Counted from the stretch's first letter, positions 1 through 10,299 are shown. The stretch: DNA of 37,002 bases from Gemmatimonadota bacterium (GCA_041482775.1 JBGPEJ010000003.1:1-37002), one strand, 5' to 3'. Program-made: numbers and translations. Notes: a model not told the origin generated them from the letters alone.

Positions 1-77
1 ATGCCGCCGCCGATGACCAGCACATCGGCTGGGCGGGCGGCCAGGTCGCCAAGCGTGGCGCGAACCGAAGGAGTCAT
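1..77 (-). CDS. 5' end of FAD-dependent oxidoreductase (glycerol-3-phosphate dehydrogenase-like), runs off window
   Basis: Reverse complement from ATG at 77 reads MTPSVRATLGDLAARPADVLVIGGG(I), the start of a Rossmann FAD-binding motif (DVLVIGGG). Not in the supplied ORF track. Confidence 0.7.
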   Translation of the reverse strand, partial: MTPSVRATLGDLAARPADVLVIGGG

Positions 78-638
78 GTGGTAGGAGTTTACTCCGACTC
101 GCCCGATCTGACCGAACTGGAGCGCCCCAGCAGCTGGTTCGCCTGGCACGCGCACCGGATCCTGGCGGGCAGCCGGGTCCTCGACCTGGCCAGCGGCAGC
201 GGCCGCCACGCCCTGGCCGCGGCGGCGCTGGGCGCCCAGGTCACCGCGGTGGACCGGGACGCCGCCAGCCTGGAAATCGGCCGCAAGGAGGCCAAGACCC
301 GGCGCCTCGAGGTCACTTGGCTGGAGGCCGACCTCGAGGGCGCCTGGCCCAACCTCGGGCAGTTCGACACCGTGATGGTGTTCAACTACCTCGACCGTGA
401 CCGGATGCCGAGCATTCTCGACGCGGTCGCGCCGGCCGGCCTGCTCATGCTGGAAACCTTCCTCGAAGCCCAGAAAGCCTTCGGGTGGGGCCCGTCGAGC
501 GCCGCCCATCTGCTCCGCTCCGGCGAACTCGCGAAGCTGGTTGCACCGCTGACGATCCTGCACGGCCGCGAAGTGGTCGAGGCGGTGGACAACGCGCGCT
601 GGAGTGCCATCGCGAGCGTGCTCGCGCAGCGAAAGTAG
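78..638 (+). CDS. Class I SAM-dependent methyltransferase (TehB-like)
   Basis: Motif I VLDLASGSGRHA, post-I AVDRD, ADLE, FDTVMVFNYL. Start codon uncertain. Confidence 0.85.
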   Translation: MVGVYSDSPDLTELERPSSWFAWHAHRILAGSRVLDLASGSGRHALAAAALGAQVTAVDRDAASLEIGRKEAKTRRLEVTWLEADLEGAWPNLGQFDTVMVFNYLDRDRMPSILDAVAPAGLLMLETFLEAQKAFGWGPSSAAHLLRSGELAKLVAPLTILHGREVVEAVDNARWSAIASVLAQRK

Positions 639-642
639 CGGC

Positions 643-1908
643 GTGCGACGTTCTGTCGTCGTGGCCGGGCTCCGGACTCCCTTCGCCCGCAGCGGCACGG
701 TGCTCCGGGATGCCACCGGCGTGCAGATGGCCCGCCACGCCGCCCGCGAGCTGCTCTACCGCTCCAACCTCGATGGCCGCGAAGTGGACGAGGTCATCTT
801 CGGCCAGGTCATCCCCTCGGTCCTGGCGCCCAATGTGGCCCGCGAGGTGGCGCTGCTCCCCCAGTTTCCCCGCACCATCCCTGCGTACAGCCTGAACCGT
901 GCCTGCGCCTCGGCGGGGCAGGCGGTTACCAACGCCCATGACCAGATCTTCCTCGGCCACGCCGACGTCGTCCTGGCGGGCGGGGTCGAATCGCTCTCGG
1001 ACATCCCCATTCTCCACTCCAAGCGGATGAGCCAGATCCTGATCGCCGCCAGCAAGGCCAAGTCGCTGGCCGAGCGGCTCAAGCTCTTCGCCTCGGTGCG
1101 GCCGAAGGACCTGACACCGGTCTCCCCCGCCATTGCGGAGCCGTCCACCGGGGAGTCGATGGGGCAGTCCGCGGAGAAGATGGCGAAGGAAAACAGCATT
1201 TCTCGAGACGCCCAGGACCGGCTGGCCCTGCTCAGCCATCAGCGCGCTGCCGCCGGAACCGCCGATGGCCGTCTCACCGCGGAGATCGCACCCTGGTTCG
1301 GCGGACCGGACCTGGATCAGATCACCACCAGCGATAACGGTGTCCGGGCCGATTCGAGCCTCGAGGCGCTGGCCCAACTCAAACCGGTGTTCGACCGCCG
1401 CTACGGCTCGATCACCGCCGGGAACGCCTCCCCGCTCACCGACGGCGCGGCCGCGGTCCTGGTCATGGCCGAGGAGAAGGCCCGATCCCTGGGATACCGC
1501 GCACTGGTGGCCATCCGCAGCTACGCCGTTGCCGCGGTGGACCCGGGGTGGCAGCTGCTGATGGGCCCCGCGTATGCCGTGCCCACCGCCCTCGACCGCG
1601 CCGGCCTGACCTGGCGCGAGCTTGGCCTGGTGGAAATCCACGAGGCTTTTGCGGCGCAAGTGCTCTCCAACGCACAGGCGTGGGCCGAACGGCTGGGGCG
1701 CTCCGCCCCGGTCGGTGAGGTGGATTGGGACCGCACCAATGTCATGGGTGGCTCGATCGCGATCGGCCATCCCTTTGGCGCGACCGGCGCGCGGCTGGTT
1801 ACCACGCTGTCGAATGAGATGGTGCGCCGGGGCGTGCAGTTCGGGCTCATCTCCATTTGTGCCCAGGGCGGGATGGGGCTCGCCATGGTGCTGGAGCTGC
1901 TCGGGTGA
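643..1908 (+). CDS. fadI: Acetyl-CoA C-acyltransferase (3-ketoacyl-CoA thiolase, FadI type)
   Basis: RTPF at N-terminus, catalytic NRACAS, HEAFAAQ, GHPFGATG, ICAQGGMG. GTG at 643 chosen as start. Directly upstream of fadJ. Confidence 0.93.
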   Translation: MRRSVVVAGLRTPFARSGTVLRDATGVQMARHAARELLYRSNLDGREVDEVIFGQVIPSVLAPNVAREVALLPQFPRTIPAYSLNRACASAGQAVTNAHDQIFLGHADVVLAGGVESLSDIPILHSKRMSQILIAASKAKSLAERLKLFASVRPKDLTPVSPAIAEPSTGESMGQSAEKMAKENSISRDAQDRLALLSHQRAAAGTADGRLTAEIAPWFGGPDLDQITTSDNGVRADSSLEALAQLKPVFDRRYGSITAGNASPLTDGAAAVLVMAEEKARSLGYRALVAIRSYAVAAVDPGWQLLMGPAYAVPTALDRAGLTWRELGLVEIHEAFAAQVLSNAQAWAERLGRSAPVGEVDWDRTNVMGGSIAIGHPFGATGARLVTTLSNEMVRRGVQFGLISICAQGGMGLAMVLELLG

Positions 1909-4024
1909 GCGCGTTCACCCTCGCCGTCACCGACGGCATCGCGGTCCTCACCCTCGATGTGCCCGGTGAGCCGGTCAACATGCTGGGCACGCCGATCATC
2001 GCGGAGTTCGAATCGCTGCTCGCCCGCATCAAGGACGATTCCGCGGCGCGCGCCGTGGTGCTCATCTCGGGGAAGCCGGACCATTTCGTCGCCGGGGCGG
2101 ATATCCAGGAATTCACCCGGATCAGGACGGCCGAGGAGGGGACCGCGCTCTCCCGCGCGGGGCAGGAGATGATCAATCGCCTGGAGCGGTTCCCCAAGCC
2201 GATCGTCGTGGCGATTCACGGCGCCTGCGTCGGCCTGGGCTGTGAGCTTTCGCTCGCCTGTGCCTGGCGGGTTGCCACCGATTCCCCCAAGACGGTGATC
2301 GGCCTCCCCGAGGTGCAGATCGGGATCCTGCCCGGCGCCGGCGGCTGCCAGCGGCTTCCGCGGCTCATCGGAGTGAGCGCCGCGTTGGACATCATCCTCG
2401 CCGGAAAGACCGAGCGCGCGGCCAAGGCGTTCAAACTCGGCCTGGTGGACGAGCTGGTGCCGCCCAGCATTCTCCGCTCGACTGCGCTTGCCGCGGCGGA
2501 CCGGCTCTCGCGGCATGGGGTCCCGCTCCGCTCCCGCGGCGGCGGTCTGCTGCTGGACCGGAACCCGATCGGCCGCCGCATCGTGTACCGTCAGGCCCGC
2601 GCGACGGTCCTGAAGAAGTCCGGTGACACTATCCCGCACCGCTCGCCGCCCTCGAGGCGGTCGAAGCCGGGATGGAGCACGGGATGGAGGCGGGCCTTCG
2701 CTGCGAGGCCCAGCGGTTCGGCGAGCTGGCCGTAGGCCAAGTCTCGCGCAACCTGGTCCGCATTTTCTTCGCGCAGAATGCCCTCAAGAAGGACGATGGG
2801 GTCGGTCCCGGCACCGCCGCTCCGCGTCCGGTTCGCCGCCTGGGCGTGGTGGGCGCCGGGTTCATGGGCGCCGGTATCGCGGGGACGGCGGCGTCCCAGG
2901 CCGGCGTCGAGGTGCGGCTCAAGGACGCCGATCTTCCCCGCGTGGGGAAGGGGCTCAAGACCGCGACCGACATCCTCAGGGGCCAGCTCACCCGCAAACG
3001 AATCACCCGGTTCGAGTACGAGCGGAAGTCGGCGCTGCTGTCCGGCAGCGGCGCCTGGCAGGGGTTCGAGCGCGCCGACGTCGTGATCGAGGCGGTCTTC
3101 GAGGATCTCGGCGTCAAGCGGAAGGTGATGGCGGAAATCGAGGCGGCGGTCCGGCCGGAGGCGGTGATTGCGAGCAACACCTCCACGATCCCCATCGCGA
3201 GCATCGCCGAGGGGGCCGGCCACGCCGAACGAATGCTGGGCATGCACTTCTTCTCCCCGGTGGAGCGGATGCCCCTGCTGGAGGTCATCCCCACCGACGC
3301 CACCACCGCCCACGCCATCGCCACCGCCGTGCAGTTCGGGCGGCGAATGGGCAAGACGGTGATCGTGGTCAAGGATCGGCCCGGCTTCTGGGTCAATCGA
3401 ATTCTGTCGCCCTATATGAACGAGGCGGGCCTGCTGCTGGCGGAGGGGACCCCGATCGAGGTCATTGACCGCAGCATGACGGGGTTCGGATTCCCGGTCG
3501 GCCCGATCACGCTGCTCGACGAGGTGGGGATCGACGTCGGCAGCAAGGCGAGCGGAGTGATGCACGCCGCATTCGGCGACCGGATGACGCCGAGTCCCGG
3601 CGTCCTCAAGATGGTCGAGGCGGGCCGCCTGGGCCGGAAGGCGGGGAAGGGGTTCTACCTCTATCACGAAGGGCACAAGACCGACCCCGACCCGGCAGCC
3701 TACAAACTCCTCGGCGTGACTCCGCTGGCGTCGGTCGACACGGCCCGGCTGGAACAGCGCCTGATCTACATCATGTTGAACGAAGCGGCGCTCGCGATGG
3801 CGGAAGGGGTCGTCCGCTCCGCCCGCGACGGCGACATCGGCGCGATCTTCGGCATCGGCTATCCGGCGTTCCGCGGCGGCCCCTTGCGCTTCATCGACAG
3901 CCTTGGCGCATCACAGGTGGTGAAGACGCTGGAGGCGCTGGCCGCCTTTCACGGGCCCCGATTCGCTCCCGCGCCCGCTCTCGTGGCGATGGCGCGGGAC
4001 GGCGGCAGCTACTATCCCGAGTAA
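1905..4024 (+). CDS. fadJ: Fatty-acid oxidation complex alpha subunit (enoyl-CoA hydratase/3-hydroxyacyl-CoA dehydrogenase), frameshifted at about 2625
   Basis: GTGA overlap with fadI. Crotonase domain (FVAGADI, GLPEVQIGILPGAGG) lies in ORF 1857-2735 and HAD domain (GAGFMGAG, ASNTST, GMHFFSP) in ORF 2672-4024. Adding one G at ggt-g(g)a-cac-tat restores KKSGGHYPAPLAALEAV. Confidence 0.92.
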
Positions 4025-4071
4025 GCCCGCGCGGAGTCCGCGGACCTCCTCCCAACCCACTGGAGCCGGTG

Positions 4072-5640
4072 ATGAAACGGGTCGTCCACCTCGGAGTCGT
4101 CCTGACATTGCTTGCCGGGCTGGCCCCGCTCGCCGCGCAGAATTTTCCCACCGACGATGCCGTTCTCCGGAAGATCTGGACCGAAGGAATGGAGCACTCC
4201 CAGGTGATGACCCTGATGCAGGCGCTGGCCGATTCGATCGGGCCGCGCCTCTTCGGCTCGCCCGGGATCGTGGCGGGCCAGGACTGGCTCCGCGCCAGCT
4301 ACGCCAAGTGGGGCATCACCGCCCGGAGTGAGAAGTTCGGCACCTGGACCGCGTGGCGGCGAGGACCCAGTCACCTCGACCTGATCGCGCCGCGGGTCCG
4401 GAGTCTCGAGGGAACCATTCTGGCCTGGAGCCCCGGCACCAGGGGGAAACCGGTGCAGGGTGCGACGGTGATTCTCGCCGACCCGGGCGATTCCGTGGCC
4501 TTTGCTGCGTGGCTTCAACAGATCAAGGGCAGGTTCGTGCTCGCCTCCCGTGCCGAGCCCACCTGCCGTCCCGATTCGAGCTTCATCCGGTGGGGCGGCC
4601 AGGAGGCGTTCGATGCGATGAACCGGGAGCGGACCGCGGCGCGGAGGGCGTGGCAGTCGCGGACTATCGGGTTCGGGCCGGCCGCCAAGGCGCTGGCCAA
4701 GCGGCTAGAGGATGCCGGTGCGCTCGGCATCATCACGTCGACCTGGACCGGGGGATGGGGGGTTACCCGGATCTTCATGGCCCAAACCAAGAACATCCCC
4801 ACGGCGGACCTGAGCTGCGAGGACTACGGGCTCCTCTACCGGCTCACCGAGCGGAGCCAGGGGCCGGTGCTTCGGATTGCCGCCGACGCGGAGTCCCTGG
4901 GAGAGCAGCCGGTGTTCAACGTGATCGGCGAGATCAAGGGAACCCGGACGCCGGAAGAGTACGTCCTGCTCTCCGCGCATTTCGATTCCTGGGACGGGAG
5001 CTCCGGCGCCACCGACAACGGCACCGGAACCGTCACGATGCTCGAGGCGATGCGCCTTCTGGCCACGACCTATCCGGCGCCCAGGCGGACCATTCTGGCG
5101 GGGCACTGGAGCGGGGAGGAGCTTGGCTTGGTGGGTTCCCGTGCCTTTGCCGAAGATCACCCGGAGATCGTGAAGGGGCTGCAGGCGCAGTTCAATCAGG
5201 ACAACGGTACCGGCAAGATCGTGAACTTCGGCGCATCGGGGCTGATCGGCGCCGGCGGCAACATCGCCGGATGGGTTAGCCGGCTCCCCGGCGAGCTGAG
5301 CCAGGGAATCACTCTCGGATTCCCCGGCGGGCCGGCCGGTGGTGGGTCGGACAATGCTTCGTTCGCCTGCTACGGGGCACCGGGGTTCGGCCTGGGTTCT
5401 GAAAGCGCGGACTACGGCACCTACACCTGGCATACCGGGAGGGACACCTACGACAAAGTGATCGAACCGAATCTCAAACGGAACGCCACGCTCACGGCAA
5501 TGCTCGCCTACCTCGCCTCGGAGGATCCGGTCACCGTGCCGCGCGACCGGCGCATCATGCCCCTGGGTCAGAACGGCCAGATTTCCCCGTGGCCCGATTG
5601 CCCCAAGCCGCCGCGAACCTCGGCGGAGTCGGCGCGGTAG
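4072..5640 (+). CDS. Secreted M28-family metallopeptidase (carboxypeptidase Q-like)
   Basis: Signal peptide (…APLAAQ) and zinc-ligand motifs SAHFDSW, GATDNGTG, GEELGLVGS, QDNG, WHT. Confidence 0.88.
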   Translation: MKRVVHLGVVLTLLAGLAPLAAQNFPTDDAVLRKIWTEGMEHSQVMTLMQALADSIGPRLFGSPGIVAGQDWLRASYAKWGITARSEKFGTWTAWRRGPSHLDLIAPRVRSLEGTILAWSPGTRGKPVQGATVILADPGDSVAFAAWLQQIKGRFVLASRAEPTCRPDSSFIRWGGQEAFDAMNRERTAARRAWQSRTIGFGPAAKALAKRLEDAGALGIITSTWTGGWGVTRIFMAQTKNIPTADLSCEDYGLLYRLTERSQGPVLRIAADAESLGEQPVFNVIGEIKGTRTPEEYVLLSAHFDSWDGSSGATDNGTGTVTMLEAMRLLATTYPAPRRTILAGHWSGEELGLVGSRAFAEDHPEIVKGLQAQFNQDNGTGKIVNFGASGLIGAGGNIAGWVSRLPGELSQGITLGFPGGPAGGGSDNASFACYGAPGFGLGSESADYGTYTWHTGRDTYDKVIEPNLKRNATLTAMLAYLASEDPVTVPRDRRIMPLGQNGQISPWPDCPKPPRTSAESAR

Positions 5641-5656
5641 CCCTCGTCCCCCAGAG

Positions 5657-5782
5657 CGTCCGCCTGTGGGATGGAGAAATCCCAATATCGAACAGGAGGT
5701 CCCGGAACCAGACTGCTGCTGGAAAGCTAAACGTATATCCGACAACGTATTAGCTTAGATTTTGACCGGGCATGTTTCTTAC
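5657..5782 (+). promoter_or_regulatory. Candidate sigma54 promoter with IHF-like site and degenerate upstream palindromes
   Basis: GGGCATG-TTTC-TTAC at 5768-5782 (consensus TGGCACG-N4-TTGC; -12 G is A). AT-rich CAACGTATTA at 5743-5752 resembles the IHF core CAAnnnnTTR. Imperfect dyads at 5657-5694. An NtrC-type activator is encoded downstream in the same gene run. Confidence 0.45.
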
Positions 5783-5795
5783 CTATGTCCGGACC

Positions 5796-7046
5796 ATGGA
5801 CATCAAGCGCGAACCCCAGAAAAACCGGAAGAAGTGGATCTTCGGCGGGATCGGCGTGGTGGCCCTCATTGCGATAACCGTGGCGACGATGAGCCTCCAG
5901 CCGGCGGCGCCGACGGTCGAGCGGGGCACCATCGTGATGGATACGGTCAAGCGCGGCGAGATGGTGCTGGAGGTACGCGGCCCGGGCACGCTGGTCCCGG
6001 AAGACACCCGGTTCATCACCGCCGTCACCACGGGACGGGTCGAGAAGATCCATCTCCTGCCCGGAACCACGCCGGTCGAGCCGGAGACCATCATCCTCGA
6101 GTTGAGTAATCCGGACGTCGAGATTCAGACCCTCAACGCCGACCGGCAGCTTACCGATGCCGAGTCCCAGCTGGTTCAGCTCCGGACCAACCTCAACAGC
6201 AATCGGCTCAACCAGGCCTCGATCGTCGCGGACCTGCGCTCCCAGTATCAGGACGCCAAGCGCCGCGCCGAGGCCGGGGCGGAGTTGCTGAAGCAGGGGC
6301 TCATCATCCCGCTGGATCAGCAGCAGGCCCAGGACAAGGCCGACGCGCTGGCGGAGCGGGTCAAGATCGAGGATGAGCGCCTCAAGCTTCTGACCTCGAC
6401 CATCGCCGACCAGATCAAGGTCCAGGAGGAGCAGGTCGCGAGGATCCGGTCGATCGCGGCGTTCCAGCACGGGCTCAAGGCGTCGATGGTGGTGCGCGCC
6501 GGCATTCACGGGGTGCTCCGGGAGGTGCCGCTCCAGAGCGGTCAGTACGCGACGGCGGGAACCACGCTGGCCCGGGTGGATCCCATACCGCTCCGGCTCA
6601 AGGCGGTGTTGCGGATCCCCGAGACCCAGGCCAAGGACCTCGCCATCGGCCAGAAGGCCGCCATCGACACGCGGAACGGAATCGCGGCGGGGCATGTGAG
6701 CCGAATCGATCCCGCCTCTTCCAACGGAACCGTCGCGGTGGACGTCGCACTGGACGCCGCCCCGCCGGCGGGCGCCCGATCCGACCTCAGCGTAGACGGT
6801 GTGATCGAGATCGCGCGCCTCAAGAACGTGCTCTATACCGGCCGGCCGGCCTACGGCCAGAGCGAGTCGACCGTCGGCCTGTTCAAGGTCATCGAAGGCG
6901 GCAGCTACGCGCAGCGGATCTCGGTGCGGGTCGGCCGGACTTCGGTGAATAGTGTCGAGCTCAAGGACGGCCTTGCCCCCGGCGACGTGGTGATCCTGTC
7001 GGACATGTCGCGGTGGGACAACGTGGATCGCGTACGGATCAAATAG
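5796..7046 (+). CDS. Periplasmic adaptor/membrane fusion protein (HlyD/MacA family)
   Basis: N-terminal basic patch plus TM helix, VKRG…VRGPGTLVP, coiled-coil hairpin, C-terminal GLAPGDVVI. ATG at 5796 chosen. Confidence 0.9.
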   Translation: MDIKREPQKNRKKWIFGGIGVVALIAITVATMSLQPAAPTVERGTIVMDTVKRGEMVLEVRGPGTLVPEDTRFITAVTTGRVEKIHLLPGTTPVEPETIILELSNPDVEIQTLNADRQLTDAESQLVQLRTNLNSNRLNQASIVADLRSQYQDAKRRAEAGAELLKQGLIIPLDQQQAQDKADALAERVKIEDERLKLLTSTIADQIKVQEEQVARIRSIAAFQHGLKASMVVRAGIHGVLREVPLQSGQYATAGTTLARVDPIPLRLKAVLRIPETQAKDLAIGQKAAIDTRNGIAAGHVSRIDPASSNGTVAVDVALDAAPPAGARSDLSVDGVIEIARLKNVLYTGRPAYGQSESTVGLFKVIEGGSYAQRISVRVGRTSVNSVELKDGLAPGDVVILSDMSRWDNVDRVRIK

Positions 7047-7140
7047 GGGCCGGGTTTAGGGCTGGGGGCGAGGTCACCTCGTTGCCCCGACCCGACGCCC
7101 CGCCCCTCGTCCCTAGCACCTGGTCTCTAACTGCTGCCCC
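7044..7140. repeat. Degenerate inverted G-rich/C-rich heptamer arrays with central hairpin
   Basis: TAGGGGC…TAGGGC-TGGGGGC on the left, TCGTCCC-TAGCACC-TGGTCTC-TAACTGC-TGCCCC on the right, and a GGGGCGAGG-TCA-CCTCGTTGCCCC hairpin. Confidence 0.4.
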
Positions 7141-7159
7141 CACAACGAAGGATCTCAAA

Positions 7160-7879
7160 ATGTCCACCGCACCTGGCGAAACTCTGATCAACCTCGACGG
7201 CATCAAGAAGGTGTTCCTCACCGATGAGCTGGAGACTCACGCCCTGTCGGAAATCCACCTCCGGATTGCCAAGGGAGAGTACGTCTCGATCTCCGGCCCG
7301 TCGGGGTGCGGCAAGACCACGCTGCTCTCGATCCTGGGCCTGCTCGACACGCCGAGCGGGGGGACTTACACCCTGGCCGGGCACTCGGTCGAGAGCCTAA
7401 CTCCGTCGGAGCGCGCGCGGGTCCGCAACCGGCAGATCGGATTCATTTTTCAGGCCTTCAACCTGATCGGCGATCTCACCGTGTATGAGAACGTCGAGCT
7501 GCCGCTCACCTACCGCGGAATGGCCTCGTCCGAGCGCCAGCAGCGGGTAACCAGCGCGCTGGAACGGGTCGGGATGGCCCACCGCATGAAGCACTATCCC
7601 TCCCAGCTGTCGGGCGGCCAGCAACAGCGGGTGGCGGTGGCGCGCGCGGTCGCGGGGGAGCCGGCCATCCTCCTCGCCGACGAGCCCACCGGAAACCTCG
7701 ACTCCCAGAACGGCGAGGCCGTCATGGAGCTGCTGCGCGAGCTGCACCGCGGCGGTGCCACGATCTGCATGGTGACCCACGACCCGCGCTACGCCCGGTG
7801 GGCCGATCGCGAAGTGAAGCTGTTCGACGGCAAGGTGGTGGAGGAGGAAGAGAGTTCCCGCGTCGACGTGCATCACTAG
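7160..7879 (+). CDS. ABC transporter ATP-binding protein (MacB/LolD-like)
   Basis: Walker A GPSGCGKT, signature LSGGQQQR, Walker B LLADEPTGNLD, VTHD. RBS-like GAAGGA before ATG 7160. Confidence 0.95.
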   Translation: MSTAPGETLINLDGIKKVFLTDELETHALSEIHLRIAKGEYVSISGPSGCGKTTLLSILGLLDTPSGGTYTLAGHSVESLTPSERARVRNRQIGFIFQAFNLIGDLTVYENVELPLTYRGMASSERQQRVTSALERVGMAHRMKHYPSQLSGGQQQRVAVARAVAGEPAILLADEPTGNLDSQNGEAVMELLRELHRGGATICMVTHDPRYARWADREVKLFDGKVVEEEESSRVDVHH

Positions 7880-7884
7880 CCGCG

Positions 7885-10299
7885 ATGAGCCTCTTCGCCG
7901 AGCTCCCGCGCGCCGCCCGATCCCTGGCGCGGGCACCCGCCCTCGCCACGGTCGCGGTGCTCTCGCTGGGACTCGGTATCGGCGCCAACGCGACGATATT
8001 CAATTTCGTCAACGCCATCGAATTCCGGCCCCTGCCATTTCCCCAATCCAATCGATTGATGGATGTGAGCGAGGAGAACGCGCGGGAGCTGTGCGATGGC
8101 TGCGGCGTCGGCACGGCGTGGCCCACCTTCCAGGTCTGGCGGGAGAGCGCCCGGAGCTTCAGCGGGCTGGGTGCCTACCACGAGGAGGCCTACGCGCTGG
8201 CGGGTGACGGCGAGCCCGAACGGGTGGGCGGCGCCGCGATCACGGCGAGCGTCTTCTCCATCCTCGGCGTCGCCCCGGTTCTCGGGCGCCCGCTGACGGC
8301 CGAGGACGATGCTCCCGGCGCCCCTGGCGTCGTCCTGCTCGGCTACGGGCTCTGGATCCGCCGCTACGGCGGGGACACCACCCTGATCGGCAAGCCGGTG
8401 CGGGTCAACGGGGTCGTGCGCACGGTGGTCGGTATCATGCCGCCAGGCTTCGGGTTTCCCGAATTCGCTTCACTCTGGCTCCCGATGGCCCGCGAGGAGC
8501 AGCTTACCCGGTCCTCCGAGCGCGCGATCAGCGTGGTGGGCCGGCTCAAGACCGGGGTTTCCGAGGCGCAGGCGGGGGCGGAGATGGCGGGCATTTCCGC
8601 CCGGCTCGCCGCGCAGGATTCCGCCACCTACCATGGGTGGACGGCGGCGGTGGGTTCGCTCAAACAGGACATTTCCCACGACACCAGCGGCGAGGCGTTC
8701 CTGCTCGCGCTGGGGGCGTCGGGATTCGTGCTCCTCATCGCCTGCGCCAATCTCGCGAATCTCTTCCTGGCCCGCGCCGCCGCGCGGGCCCGGGAGCTCG
8801 CTGTCCGGGTGGCCCTGGGGGCCAGCCGGAGCCGGATCGCGGCGCACGTGCTGGCGGAGTCGACCCTGCTCGGCCTGGCCGGCGGGATGCTGGGCCTCCT
8901 CCTCTCCCTCTGGGGCGTGCGCTTCGTCACCGGGCTCATCAATAGCGCCATGCCGTTCTGGATCCAGCTGGGCACCGATTGGCGCTTTCTGCTCTACACC
9001 CTCCTGCTGTCGCTCCTGGTGGGGCTCGGATTCGGGATGGTCCCGGCCATCCGCGCCTCCCGCATCGACCTGAACGAAGCGCTCAAGACCGGCGCGGCGG
9101 GCGTCACGGCGGGACGTCGTGACGGCCGGCTGCGCGGCACGCTGGCGGTGACGCAGATCGCCCTGGCCATCGTGCTCCTGGTGGGCGCCGGACTCATGAT
9201 CAAGTCGTTCCTGGTGGAGCGCAACATGAAGGACCTCGGCTACAATCCCCGCGGCGTGCTCACCGCCCGGCTCCAGCTCGCCAGCCCTCGCTACGCGGAC
9301 CCGGCGCAGATCCGCCTTCTCCAGGATCAACTGCTGGAGCGGCTCGGGGTCCAGCCGATGGTGGAGTCGGCCGCGATCGAGCGCCCGGTCTTTCTGAATT
9401 CATTTGTCGGCACAGCGACCCGCGTCCGGCTGGAAGGCGCGGCGGACCCGGTGCCGATGGGCCGCGGCCCGGGCCATGGCAACGCCATCACTGCCGACTA
9501 TTTCCGGGTGCTGCAGATCCCCATCCTGTCGGGCCGGGGTATCGCGGCAACCGATCGAGCCGGAGCTCCGGCGGTCGTCGTAGTCAACCATCAGGCGGCG
9601 TCGCTGTACTGGCCCGGGAGCCAGCCCATCGGCAAGCGGCTCCAGATCGACCGTGGCGTCTGGCTCACCGTGGTTGGTGTGGCGGCCGACGTGGCCAACC
9701 ACCCGTTCGGCCGCGGGAGCATACCGCTGCTCTACACCTCCGCCGCCCAGGACTCAGCGCGGCCGTTCCGCCTGATGATGCGCTTCCATGGCGACCCCGC
9801 AACCGCCGCGGCCACGCTGAAGGCGGTGGCACGCACCGTCGACGCCGACGAGCCGGTCGAGGACGTGATGACGCTCGAGGCCGATCTGGCGCAGATGGTG
9901 TCCCCAGTGCGCTTCATGGCCCTCCTGCTCGGGGCGCTCGGCGGCATCGCGCTGGGGCTTGCCGCCTTCGGGATCTACGGGACGATGTCCTATCTGGTCA
10001 CCCGGCGCACCCGCGAGCTCGGCATCCGGATGGCTCTGGGCGCCGACAGCGGTGGCCTTCGTCGCTTTGTGGTGGGCCGGGGGCTTCGACTGGCCCTGCT
10101 CGGACTTGGAATCGGGCTTCCCGCCGCGTTGGGATTGACCCGCCTCATGCGGGGCGTGCTCTTCAGTGTGAGCCCCGGCGATCCGATGGTCTTCACGGCG
10201 GTCGGAATCCTGCTGGCGGGGATCGCGGTGCTGGCGTGCTGGCGGCCGGCGTGGCGCGCCACGCAGGTCGATCCCCTCCAGGCGCTCCGGGCGGAGTGA
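7885..10299 (+). CDS. ABC permease, ADOP/duplicated MacB-FtsX type
   Basis: LGIGANATIF, LLIACANLANL, RELAVRVALGA, second RTRELGIRMALGA repeat, C-terminal VDPLQALRAE. Confidence 0.93.
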   Translation: MSLFAELPRAARSLARAPALATVAVLSLGLGIGANATIFNFVNAIEFRPLPFPQSNRLMDVSEENARELCDGCGVGTAWPTFQVWRESARSFSGLGAYHEEAYALAGDGEPERVGGAAITASVFSILGVAPVLGRPLTAEDDAPGAPGVVLLGYGLWIRRYGGDTTLIGKPVRVNGVVRTVVGIMPPGFGFPEFASLWLPMAREEQLTRSSERAISVVGRLKTGVSEAQAGAEMAGISARLAAQDSATYHGWTAAVGSLKQDISHDTSGEAFLLALGASGFVLLIACANLANLFLARAAARARELAVRVALGASRSRIAAHVLAESTLLGLAGGMLGLLLSLWGVRFVTGLINSAMPFWIQLGTDWRFLLYTLLLSLLVGLGFGMVPAIRASRIDLNEALKTGAAGVTAGRRDGRLRGTLAVTQIALAIVLLVGAGLMIKSFLVERNMKDLGYNPRGVLTARLQLASPRYADPAQIRLLQDQLLERLGVQPMVESAAIERPVFLNSFVGTATRVRLEGAADPVPMGRGPGHGNAITADYFRVLQIPILSGRGIAATDRAGAPAVVVVNHQAASLYWPGSQPIGKRLQIDRGVWLTVVGVAADVANHPFGRGSIPLLYTSAAQDSARPFRLMMRFHGDPATAAATLKAVARTVDADEPVEDVMTLEADLAQMVSPVRFMALLLGALGGIALGLAAFGIYGTMSYLVTRRTRELGIRMALGADSGGLRRFVVGRGLRLALLGLGIGLPAALGLTRLMRGVLFSVSPGDPMVFTAVGILLAGIAVLACWRPAWRATQVDPLQALRAE

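Noticed and set aside
2610-2640. Programmed ribosomal frameshift or selenocysteine recoding in fadJ
   Set aside because: There is no slippery heptamer, the TGA is not in the upstream reading frame, and a single inserted base restores the family consensus.
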